Virus record (IMG/VR): IMGVR_UViG_3300045285_000083
Coordinates: 1 to 34,689 of that record
Length of the DNA stretch: 34,689 bases
Strand: one strand, 5' to 3'
Source of the DNA: a virus
Lineage: Duplodnaviria; Caudoviricetes
Notes under the pieces: model-generated
Seen by the model: only the letters and a program-made list of their open reading frames with translations
The model's database searches: none
Told to the model about the DNA's origin: nothing
Part shown: one piece after another, positions 1 to 7,353 of the stretch
Layout of the letters: the number at the start of each line of letters is the position of its first letter
Position numbering within the stretch: the first letter of the stretch is position 1
Translations under genes and position numbers: made by a program

Positions 1-1355
1 ATAGCTCGGCGCAATTCGAAACCATCGGCGTCACCGACAGCTGCGGCGGAATGATCTTCGCGGCGGATGCGGAGTTTCTCGCGACCATCCAACAGTTCGG
101 CCGTTTCTATAAATCATGGGATATCTTGCAGACCGACAAGTTGCGGATCGTGGACCGCGGCGCCGTGGTGACGGCAGACATTAACCTCGACAAGACCAGG
201 ATGAGCGGTCAGGTTGCGCTTGCAAGGGCAGCGACAACCAGCGTGCCGCGCGAGCTTGAGCTCAGCACGATCGACCCGAATGCGGATTATACCATCGTGC
301 CGTCTAAGGCCGTGAGGCCGCGGGTGCCGGTCAACGTCTCGAGTTCGGTGTCGTCGGAATCCGTATTCCTGCCGATGATCTTGGATTCCGCAACGCGGAT
401 GTCGCTGGTGACCTACGCCAAATACCAGGAGGAAGTGGCGCGCAAGAAGGTCACCGGGACTGCCATGATGTACGGTCTGGAGATCGAGCCGGGTGACCTG
501 GCGGCGTTTCTGAATCTGGGCGACGACTTTATCAACGAGGTGTTTCACGTCATTGAGACCACGCACGGCCAGAACTATGCGGTGGAATTCGTCGCTGAAA
601 GCATCCTGCGCTGCTCGCTGGTGGTCGATGACGGCACTGATCCATATTTCATCTACGTCGTGTTGTTAATGGGATTTGAGGGCCTCAACGGCTCACAGGG
701 GGCACCAGGTTTCACGGACGAGAGCCTTAAAGCTCACGGCACCGCTACTTTTGGCGGCAGTCCTCATATCGACACCGCAGAACACAAGTTCGGCTTGTCG
801 TCACTTAGAATGCCCGCCGTGAGTTCTGCTCTGATATTTGGCGACAGCGATGACTGGACCCTGTCAAGCGCCAATTCCGATCAGTTCACAGTTGAATGCT
901 GGGCGCGTTTTCACAGCATTACCGGCCCTAGTAATACTCTGGTCGCGCAGACCTATGGTCCGTCGCAGTTCGGGTGGTCGTTCGAAACGTCGGGCACGGC
1001 GGGTGAATTCGCGTTTAAATATTCGACCGATGGCAACACATATACAAGTGTGATTTCCAGCGGCGCAAGTCTGACGGTGGGGATCTGGTATCATCTCGCA
1101 GTCGACAAGGATTCAGGCGGGAAAATTCGGATCTATAAAAATGGAGTGCCAATGGCCAGCGCCACACCCGCGAACAGCAGTATTTTCAACGAGGGTTTTA
1201 GTCTGTCGATCGGCAACGACGCTTTCTACATCAGCAGTTTTGCGCTGGACGGCTGGCTTGACGAGGTCCGCATCACAAAAGGGGTGGCCAGGTATAAAAC
1301 CGATGCATCCTTCACGCCGCCGGCTGCGGCATTCCCGCGCGGAGGGCCGCTCTGA
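1..1355 (+). CDS. Tail tip/host-specificity protein, 5'-truncated, with C-terminal LamG/ConA-like domain
   Basis: Frame of ORF 51..1355 is open back to the window start; C-terminal motifs FTVECW, WYHLAV..RIYKNG, GWLDEVRITKGVARY are typical of LamG_3 domains in phage tail proteins. Confidence 0.75.
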   Translation, partial: SSAQFETIGVTDSCGGMIFAADAEFLATIQQFGRFYKSWDILQTDKLRIVDRGAVVTADINLDKTRMSGQVALARAATTSVPRELELSTIDPNADYTIVPSKAVRPRVPVNVSSSVSSESVFLPMILDSATRMSLVTYAKYQEEVARKKVTGTAMMYGLEIEPGDLAAFLNLGDDFINEVFHVIETTHGQNYAVEFVAESILRCSLVVDDGTDPYFIYVVLLMGFEGLNGSQGAPGFTDESLKAHGTATFGGSPHIDTAEHKFGLSSLRMPAVSSALIFGDSDDWTLSSANSDQFTVECWARFHSITGPSNTLVAQTYGPSQFGWSFETSGTAGEFAFKYSTDGNTYTSVISSGASLTVGIWYHLAVDKDSGGKIRIYKNGVPMASATPANSSIFNEGFSLSIGNDAFYISSFALDGWLDEVRITKGVARYKTDASFTPPAAAFPRGGPL

Positions 1356-1546
1356 TGCCGCTATTGGATGACTGCATCACCGCGATTTTCGAGCCCGGCA
1401 ACATCGGCTCGTCCGCTGGCGAGCCGCCGACTGTGATCCGGCCCGGCACCATTTATAACCCGGAGGATTTTCCGGCCGATACCGTCGATTGGTCGCTCAA
1501 CTTCTCGAGGTTCTACGACAGCGCCTATTATTTCGGAGTTTTATGA
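1355..1546 (+). CDS. Small hypothetical protein (tail region)
   Basis: TGATG coupling to upstream gene, GGAGG upstream. Confidence 0.6.
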   Translation: MPLLDDCITAIFEPGNIGSSAGEPPTVIRPGTIYNPEDFPADTVDWSLNFSRFYDSAYYFGVL

Positions 1547-1547
1547 A

Positions 1548-2069
1548 ATGGCTGGAGCATGGACGACGCTCAACATCAAGGACGCTGCTGGCACGACGCG
1601 CCCAATGCGTGTCTGGGACGAGAGTGGCACCGGCGTGGGGCCGTTCTCGAATGGTCAGGTGCTGGCGGATGGATTAGGTGGGGCCGTCACCGTGACCGGC
1701 GGCGCACTGTCGGTCAGCTCGTCCGGGGGCGTCAGTCCCACGAATTACGTTTCCGGCGCTATCACCACGGCGATGACTGGCACGACCAGTACGTCTCTGC
1801 TTGCCGCCCCGGCCGCCGGCCTGCGCAACTACATCACGCAAATCACGGTTTCGAATTCGCATGCCACAGTCGGAACGGATGTGCTGATTCAGGACGGCGC
1901 CGGCGGCGCGACGCTCTATGTGATTCCGGCCGCGGCCGCATATGGCGGCGCCGCGATCTCGTTTCCGACACCGCTGCGCCAGCCGACGCTCGCGACTGCG
2001 CTCTACGCCCAGAATGTGACAACGGGTGCCAGCACCAAGGTCTCGGCCTCGGGATACAAGGCGGCCTGA
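1548..2069 (+). CDS. Hypothetical virion structural protein (Thr/Ala/Gly-rich, beta-rich)
   Basis: GGAG RBS, 173 aa, tail-module context. Confidence 0.7.
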   Translation: MAGAWTTLNIKDAAGTTRPMRVWDESGTGVGPFSNGQVLADGLGGAVTVTGGALSVSSSGGVSPTNYVSGAITTAMTGTTSTSLLAAPAAGLRNYITQITVSNSHATVGTDVLIQDGAGGATLYVIPAAAAYGGAAISFPTPLRQPTLATALYAQNVTTGASTKVSASGYKAA

Positions 2070-2071
2070 CT

Positions 2072-2680
2072 ATGACGATCCTATTGTTGCAAAGCGGGCC
2101 AGGTAGCGCTGGCGGCGCTGGCGGCGCTGGCATCGGGTTTGATCCGGCCACGACCTTCAATGCAACTCTGTCGAATAATAATCTAACGGCGACACACTCC
2201 AGTACGGCAAGCAATTCCGGGGCGCGGGTTGCGACAACGCATGGTAGCGGCAAATACTATTTCGAACTGAAACTGAATTCCGCTGGCGCTGGTGACGTTG
2301 TTGGTCTTTGTACACCGGCAAATACTTATAATAACGTACAAAGCACCAATGCCACTGTCATAGGTGCATTCCCGAATGGCAATTTAAATGTTTTTGCTGC
2401 CTTCGCTGGTAACATAGGTGGGTTTATTGCAAACGATGTCATCGGGTTCGCGATTGATTTCACTGCTGGATTGGTTTGGATACGCAGAAACGCAGGCAAC
2501 TGGAACGGCAGCGGCACCGCGAATCCGGCAACGGCGGTAGGAGGATCTTCTTTTACGGCGGGTACCGCCCTAATGCCGGTCGTGACTTTCGGTACTACTG
2601 GCGGCGAAAACTGGACCGGGAATTTCGGCGCGACGGCTTTTGCCAATACTGCACCGGCCGGTTTTGGCAATTGGGGTTGA
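2072..2680 (+). CDS. SPRY/B30.2-like lectin-fold virion protein
   Basis: ATG 2072 lies inside ORF 1559..2680; motifs LSNNNLT, SGKYYFE, NDVIGFAIDF..G.VWIRRN, NFGATAF. Confidence 0.7.
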   Translation: MTILLLQSGPGSAGGAGGAGIGFDPATTFNATLSNNNLTATHSSTASNSGARVATTHGSGKYYFELKLNSAGAGDVVGLCTPANTYNNVQSTNATVIGAFPNGNLNVFAAFAGNIGGFIANDVIGFAIDFTAGLVWIRRNAGNWNGSGTANPATAVGGSSFTAGTALMPVVTFGTTGGENWTGNFGATAFANTAPAGFGNWG

Positions 2681-2684
2681 TGAA

Positions 2685-2960
2685 ATGACCGCGCTCAAGG
2701 AATGGGCCAGACAGAATTCCACCTTGGTGTATTTTCTGCTCGCCCAGGCTGCCGCGCTGATCAGCGGTGGGGCGTGGGCGTTGTCGTATATGGTGCGACT
2801 GGAGACGCGGGTGGATACGCTGGAGACGCGAGGCTCGCCGCACCTTGGCACGATCGACAACCGGCTGACGGTGCTGGAAAGCAAGACCGACAACAACAAA
2901 GAGAGCATCGAGCGCATCAAGGACGTGATGACCCGCGAACTGGGCAAGCCGGTGAAATGA
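2685..2960 (+). CDS. Membrane-anchored coiled-coil protein, holin/lysis-accessory candidate
   Basis: MTALKEW.., one TM segment then coiled coil; upstream of endolysin. Confidence 0.6.
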   Translation: MTALKEWARQNSTLVYFLLAQAAALISGGAWALSYMVRLETRVDTLETRGSPHLGTIDNRLTVLESKTDNNKESIERIKDVMTRELGKPVK

Positions 2961-3046
2961 GCGCCTTCCAGCCCAAAACGGCCGTGATCATCATCATCGT
3001 CGCGGTGGCGATGACGCTGGCAGCCGTGCTGTGGATGCAGCCATGA
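2957..3046 (+). CDS. 29-aa single-TM peptide (MSAFQPKTAVIIIIVAVAMTLAAVLWMQP)
   Basis: ATGA overlaps at both ends; hydrophobic. Confidence 0.5.
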   Translation: MSAFQPKTAVIIIIVAVAMTLAAVLWMQP

Positions 3047-3276
3047 GTATGCCGGAGCAGGCCGGCAAGGTCGTCAGCGGCGTAACCGATGCACTGAAGA
3101 ACCAGCCGCTGGCATTGGCTTTGATTGTAATCAATTTGATGTTCCTGGCGGCGGGAATCTGGGTCAGCAGAGATTTCTTTACGCGGCTCGAAAGTGCGTC
3201 ACTAAGAAAAGATACGATGGTCGAGGAAATGATGAAGCGCTGCATGGCATCATTACCGAAGGAGGACAGGCCATGA
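3043..3276 (+). CDS. Holin candidate (one TM)
   Basis: QPLALALIVINLMFLAAGIW segment; ATGA-coupled to endolysin. Confidence 0.55.
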   Translation: MSMPEQAGKVVSGVTDALKNQPLALALIVINLMFLAAGIWVSRDFFTRLESASLRKDTMVEEMMKRCMASLPKEDRP

Positions 3277-3827
3277 ATGAGGATCTCTCACTGACGCCGG
3301 CTGGCGCCAATTTAATCAAACATTTTGAGGGCATCCTTCAACCGCATGGGGAAAAATTCAAGGCATACAAATGTCCCGTTGGAGTTTGGACCGTGGGATG
3401 GGGAACGACGACCGAGCATGGTCACCAGATCAAGCCCGACACCGTCTGGACCAGACAGCAGTGCGACGAGGCTTTTCTCAAAGATATGGCAAGCTTTGAA
3501 ATGGCAGTTCGTCGCCTGGTCAAGGTCGAGTTGGAGCCTTGGCAGTTCGACGCCCTGGTGTCGTTTACTTATAATTGTGGCGAGGGCAATCTCTCTAAAT
3601 CTACCTTGCTCAAGAAAGTGAACGCTGGCGACTTCGAGGGCGCAGCGCTGGAATTCCACAAATGGAACAAGGGCGGTGGCAAGGTGCTCGCCGGGCTGAC
3701 GCGGCGCCGCGCCTCCGAAGCGTTGCTGTTTCAGAACATCACCGACGCGAACTATGATGGCAAGGCCGATCCAGGCAACAAGCCGGCGATCGAGCCGATG
3801 GCGCAGGCGGTCGATGCGCCGGACTAG
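3273..3827 (+). CDS. Endolysin, GH24 phage lysozyme
   Basis: LIKHFEG..AYKCPVGVWTVGWGTT, QFDALVSFTYNCG, GLTRRRASE; GGAGG RBS. Confidence 0.95.
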   Translation: MNEDLSLTPAGANLIKHFEGILQPHGEKFKAYKCPVGVWTVGWGTTTEHGHQIKPDTVWTRQQCDEAFLKDMASFEMAVRRLVKVELEPWQFDALVSFTYNCGEGNLSKSTLLKKVNAGDFEGAALEFHKWNKGGGKVLAGLTRRRASEALLFQNITDANYDGKADPGNKPAIEPMAQAVDAPD

Positions 3828-3837
3828 TCGGGAAGCC

Positions 3838-4038
3838 ATGGCCATGAGCCTCATATTGCGGGACGCCGTGCAGGAATTCATCGTCCGGATGGAAGACATC
3901 CTGCTGCGGCTGGATGACGCGATCGCCGCAGCCGATGTCGACGCCCAGTCTGCCGCGTTCGAGGCCATCGTCGGCCTGACCGAGATGCTGAAAAGCGCGG
4001 CGGAAAAGCCGACAGTGGAAGACCCTGGGCGGCGATGA
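3838..4038 (+). CDS. Hypothetical protein
   Basis: Acidic helical ORF MAMSLILRDAVQE..; ATGA coupling downstream. Confidence 0.5.
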   Translation: MAMSLILRDAVQEFIVRMEDILLRLDDAIAAADVDAQSAAFEAIVGLTEMLKSAAEKPTVEDPGRR

Positions 4039-4157
4039 ACCAGATCCCGCCGCGTGAGCCGTGGTGGCGCGGCCCGTTCTGGCGGTTCGTGCTGATCGGC
4101 GCAGCCTACATCGCGCTAATGGCGGCGATTGTTTTCATCATGCTGTGGGCGTTCTAA
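4035..4157 (+). CDS. 40-aa single-TM peptide (MNQIPPREPWWRGPFWRFVLIGAAYIALMAAIVFIMLWAF)
   Basis: Read manually (below ORF-track cutoff); ATGA overlap; strong TM. Confidence 0.55.
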   Translation: MNQIPPREPWWRGPFWRFVLIGAAYIALMAAIVFIMLWAF

Positions 4158-4265
4158 GTTTCCGTTATCGTTCAGACGTCTGACGCCACAGAAGAACGCC
4201 ATCACGACAAGGCCGGCCGTGGTGCCGACCAGCCAGCCGGCGAGGAAACCCGCTGCGAATGTCAT
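4116..4265 (-). CDS. Small TM protein (MTFAAGFLAGWLVGTTAGLVVMAFFCG..)
   Basis: ATGA-coupled to upstream minus ORF; overlaps a convergent plus ORF. Confidence 0.35.
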   Translation of the reverse strand: MTFAAGFLAGWLVGTTAGLVVMAFFCGVRRLNDNGNLERPQHDENNRRH

Positions 4266-4468
4266 TGTGATTTGCTCTGGACCCGGCGATTGGTCGCGCG
4301 CAGGAACGCCTCGCGCGACAGACTGCGGTTGTGGCTCTTGATGCACTCGTCATGGACGCCGACCATGTCGATCTTGCCGGTGCAGCGAACCTCGACCGCG
4401 CAATGGTCCGCGTCCTCGAGCGGCTTGTTGCAGAGATAACAATTCCTGGTGGAGGAAATCATGGCCAT
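4262..4468 (-). CDS. Possible small Zn-binding protein (CYLC..HDEC)
   Basis: CxxC and HxxC pattern; start uncertain and collides with the divergent gene at 4461. Confidence 0.35.
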   Translation of the reverse strand: MAMISSTRNCYLCNKPLEDADHCAVEVRCTGKIDMVGVHDECIKSHNRSLSREAFLRATNRRVQSKSQ

Positions 4469-4694
4469 CCTGATCTCGTTTTTGAATCTGTTGTTGTATA
4501 TCGCGATCATTCTGTTCGTCGCCTACGTTATCCTCTGGGTTGTGCGCGACTGGTTCAATATCGCCATCGATGGCAATGTCTTGAAGTTCGCCAAGATCAT
4601 CGTCGGGTTGATCTGCCTGATCGCCATCGTGATCTGGCTCGCTGGCGTGTTGGGAGGTGGCATTGGTTTGCCGCACTTTTTTTCTTACAGGTAA
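4461..4694 (+). CDS. Two-TM small membrane protein
   Basis: GGAGGA RBS at 4451-4456; two hydrophobic helices. Confidence 0.7.
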   Translation: MAILISFLNLLLYIAIILFVAYVILWVVRDWFNIAIDGNVLKFAKIIVGLICLIAIVIWLAGVLGGGIGLPHFFSYR

Positions 4695-4950
4695 ACAATC
4701 ACAGCCATCGCCACCAGCTCCTTGCACAACTCGTCGGCATCTATCCGTTTCGGACTCACTCCCATACGCTCCTCCAGTCTTGCGCGCCGTTTCCGCACCG
4801 CTTGGACATCTGCCCACCACTGAGGGTGAACCACGATCTGCCTCCAAGGCTTTCGGCTGACCACTAACCAGGACTTCGATGGTCATTTAATGGATCACCA
4901 TGCATGCGGTGCGCACCGAGCAGAGGCATGGCAGGCGCAAGCTCTCCTAA

Positions 4951-5247
4951 TCATTTCCCTGTGTCCTTATCGAGCGCGGCGCGGGCAGTTTTCATTGCTT
5001 CATCCAACGCGTAAATTTCACCGCAGCATTTAGGAAGCATTGCACCAAGGCCATATGGATGGCGCTCCTTGTAAGGTTCGTCGCGACCTTCGCCGTTCCA
5101 TCCAGCAACCAGCTTTCGCACGCCAGATAGAGCTTTGGCATTGACCAAATTTAGCAGCGCCGCCTCCAGCGTCTCGATGCGGGCTTTAAGCTTCGCATTG
5201 CGATCTTGTAGTTCTCCAATCAAGCGCAATGGATCTGGGTTAGTCAT
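4951..5247 (-). CDS. Array gene (RIETLEAAL..ARAALDKDTGK)
   Basis: ATG 5247 follows the AAGGAGG inside repeat A. Confidence 0.8.
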   Translation of the reverse strand: MTNPDPLRLIGELQDRNAKLKARIETLEAALLNLVNAKALSGVRKLVAGWNGEGRDEPYKERHPYGLGAMLPKCCGEIYALDEAMKTARAALDKDTGK

Positions 5248-5419
5248 TGCCTGCCTCCTTATCGAGCGCAGCGGCAACGATGCAACGCCAGCCCAGCTTC
5301 AACATATCCATTCGGCTCATGCGCCAGTGAGCCTTCACTTCCGGGTTCAAGTCTGCGATCTCAAGAAAGCCGCCGAGATACATCAACATTCCACCAGCCG
5401 GATGCCAGAATAGAGTCAT
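5240..5419 (-). CDS. Array gene, 59 aa (MTLFWHPAGG..VAAALDKEAGND)
   Basis: Manually translated; starts and ends in repeat A copies. Confidence 0.7.
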   Translation of the reverse strand: MTLFWHPAGGMLMYLGGFLEIADLNPEVKAHWRMSRMDMLKLGWRCIVAAALDKEAGND

Positions 5420-5616
5420 TTCCCAGCCTCCTTATCCAGCGCGGCGCTGGTCATTTGATCATCTCGAATGAGATTTGTATCGATTGCTATCTCACCCTGT
5501 CCTTTGCATTTCCAGCACTCGCGATCATTATACGGATAGGAGAGGTAATGATTTGCGAACCCAGTCCCGAAACATTCCGGACAGATTTGGATTTCAATGC
5601 GTGTTTCCCGGCTCAT
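5416..5616 (-). CDS. Array gene with DnaJ-type Zn-finger motifs (CPECFGTG..CWKCKGQG), ends SAALDKEAGK
   Basis: Two CxxCxGxG motifs. Confidence 0.75.
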   Translation of the reverse strand: MSRETRIEIQICPECFGTGFANHYLSYPYNDRECWKCKGQGEIAIDTNLIRDDQMTSAALDKEAGK

Positions 5617-5893
5617 TCCCCTTATCCAGCGCGGCGCGAGCGGTCAGGCAGGCGCGGGCTTCTTGAAGCCGGGTCGGCATCGGCTCGCCCCTTGTCCGAT
5701 GGTCATGACCAAGCCTGACCATGGCTTTTGCACCAGCCATCACCATCTCGTCGGTGACGATGGTTGCCTCCCGCAGCGCGGCTTGCAGCGCCTCAAGATC
5801 ATCAATAATACAGATCACAGCGCGGTCGTAATCATCCCGATCCGGCTTTGACAATTCGCGGCATCTATCCCGCATGGCTTGGGTTGATTTCAT
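5594..5893 (-). CDS. Array gene (DLEALQAALR..ARAALDKG)
   Basis: ATGA-coupled start at 5893; shortened repeat A. Confidence 0.75.
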   Translation of the reverse strand: MKSTQAMRDRCRELSKPDRDDYDRAVICIIDDLEALQAALREATIVTDEMVMAGAKAMVRLGHDHRTRGEPMPTRLQEARACLTARAALDKGNEPGNTH

Positions 5894-6090
5894 GTTGAAA
5901 ACCATAGTGGCCGTGGCCGACGCCATTCCGAAGCATACTCAGGGCGCACGGCCCCACAGCGACGACAATATTTGACTTGTACGTTACCACCGCCCTCCAA
6001 AATATCGGCAGCCACATGAGCGCTGTCATGCGGACATAAGCGCAACCACCGGTCAATCAGGTAATCGATAAATTTTGCTAGTACTCTCAT
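5890..6090 (-). CDS. Hypothetical protein with CPH..CRRC (possible Zn ribbon), no internal repeat
   Basis: Start supplied by repeat A; ATGA coupling. Confidence 0.7.
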   Translation of the reverse strand: MRVLAKFIDYLIDRWLRLCPHDSAHVAADILEGGGNVQVKYCRRCGAVRPEYASEWRRPRPLWFST

Positions 6091-6368
6091 TGTCCTGCGT
6101 CCTTATCGAGCGCGGCGCTAAGTTCGTCAGCACATCTCAAGTACACATCGTCTACGGAATGATTCTCCGACAGCGTTGCTTCATTCCGCCACGTATCAGG
6201 CAGACTATTAACAGCCGCAAGCGCCGCCTCCAGCGCCTCGATGCGGTTCTGTTGGTCTTCAACTACTTCAGCGAGTGATTGCCTGACAGTGTTTACGACA
6301 TGCGCCAACGATGGGTCGGGTTTTCTTAAAGCCTCGATAGCGCGTTCAGCGCTTTTGCGGTCGCTCAT
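6087..6368 (-). CDS. Array gene (RIEALEAAL..SAALDKDAGQ)
   Basis: ATG 6368 with AAGGA upstream. Confidence 0.8.
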   Translation of the reverse strand: MSDRKSAERAIEALRKPDPSLAHVVNTVRQSLAEVVEDQQNRIEALEAALAAVNSLPDTWRNEATLSENHSVDDVYLRCADELSAALDKDAGQ

Positions 6369-6381
6369 CTCTCTTACGTCC

Positions 6382-6642
6382 TTACAAGCTCCTGATGCGA
6401 AACTCCCAAGCGTCCAGACCTTCACAGAAGGCTATCGGCATGCGCTCATCGAGAGAGCGCGTCCCGTAATTGGTGATCCCGACAGGATTGCCATGTTTAT
6501 CCACGACCATGAGAAGGCAAGTCTCGCCCTCCGTAATAGCCATCAAGACCATCATGTGCCCGGTCTTTGTGCCGTAACGATACACGTTGCCGACACGCAC
6601 TTCACTTGGACATGGAGTTATTGTGTCGAGGACAAATTTCAT
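6382..6642 (-). CDS. Hypothetical protein (MKFVLDT..), no internal repeat
   Basis: Start supplied by repeat A ATGA. Confidence 0.75.
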   Translation of the reverse strand: MKFVLDTITPCPSEVRVGNVYRYGTKTGHMMVLMAITEGETCLLMVVDKHGNPVGITNYGTRSLDERMPIAFCEGLDAWEFRIRSL

Positions 6643-6863
6643 TCGCATGCCTCCTTATCGAGCACGGCGCGGCACTGCTGTTGCGCGTCGGTTATGAGGA
6701 CGGCTAGGTCAAACTCCGTGCGTGCTCCATTCCAGAAAACGTCCAGTGCTGTATTAAGCGCCCGCAGGGCCGCCTCCAGCGCCTCGATGCGGTCGTCTTT
6801 CATCTCCAACATCGCCTCCAATGCCTTGATGCGCGTCCACAAATCATGTTCAGCTTCCATCAT
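6639..6863 (-). CDS. Array gene (RIKALEAM..RIEALEAAL..RAVLDKEACE)
   Basis: ATG 6863 just after the upstream stop; two B-like units. Confidence 0.7.
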   Translation of the reverse strand: MMEAEHDLWTRIKALEAMLEMKDDRIEALEAALRALNTALDVFWNGARTEFDLAVLITDAQQQCRAVLDKEACE

Positions 6864-6871
6864 TTCCGCGA

Positions 6872-7156
6872 TTATGCTCGCCCGGATTGTTCTGGCTGGC
6901 CTTCGAAACGAGCAATCATTTCCTTCATCAGGGTGACCACATCCCTGCGATCCGCACCGTTCGAGATGTAATTGCAACGCGCGTCGCCGTTGGCGAGATT
7001 GCCGAACGGGTACAACATCAAAACAAAGCCGTTTTTGCGGTCCTTGCCCTTCACTTCACCATTCAAGACCTGGTCGAGCGCCTTAGCGATGGCGTTCATC
7101 TTCTCGTAGAACTCGGGCTGAATTGGCGCGTCACCAAGTTGATGTTTGTTTGTCAT
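6872..7156 (-). CDS. Phage hypothetical protein (NGFVLMLYPF..CNYISNGADR)
   Basis: 94-aa ORF with globular composition; start at the end of a repeat A copy. Confidence 0.8.
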   Translation of the reverse strand: MTNKHQLGDAPIQPEFYEKMNAIAKALDQVLNGEVKGKDRKNGFVLMLYPFGNLANGDARCNYISNGADRRDVVTLMKEMIARFEGQPEQSGRA

Positions 7157-7179
7157 TTCCCTACATCCCTAATCCCTAT

Positions 7180-7353
7180 CTAGCGCGGCTCGAGCGCGGC
7201 GCGGGCGATCTCGTACTGTTTTTCAGAGAGTCCAGCCGGGTGATCCATGATCTTCCTCAGCGCCGCCTCCAGCGCCTCGATGCGGGCTTCCAAATCGGCA
7301 ATCCGATCCTGATAGTTTCGAAATTCCATATCTATGTCGGTGTAATCACTCAT
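7180..7353 (-). CDS. Minimal array gene, 57 aa (RIEALEAAL..IARAALEPR)
   Basis: ATG 7353 in repeat A. Confidence 0.75.
   Translation of the reverse strand: MSDYTDIDMEFRNYQDRIADLEARIEALEAALRKIMDHPAGLSEKQYEIARAALEPR

Noticed and set aside
1559-2071. N-terminal extensions in the ORF track (1559, 13974, 28000, 18317, 6977 starts)
   Set aside because: They overlap upstream genes in another frame; coupled downstream ATGs are more plausible
4907-4918. 12-bp palindrome CGGTGCGCACCG just beyond the array end
   Set aside because: Single GC-rich copy with no supporting context
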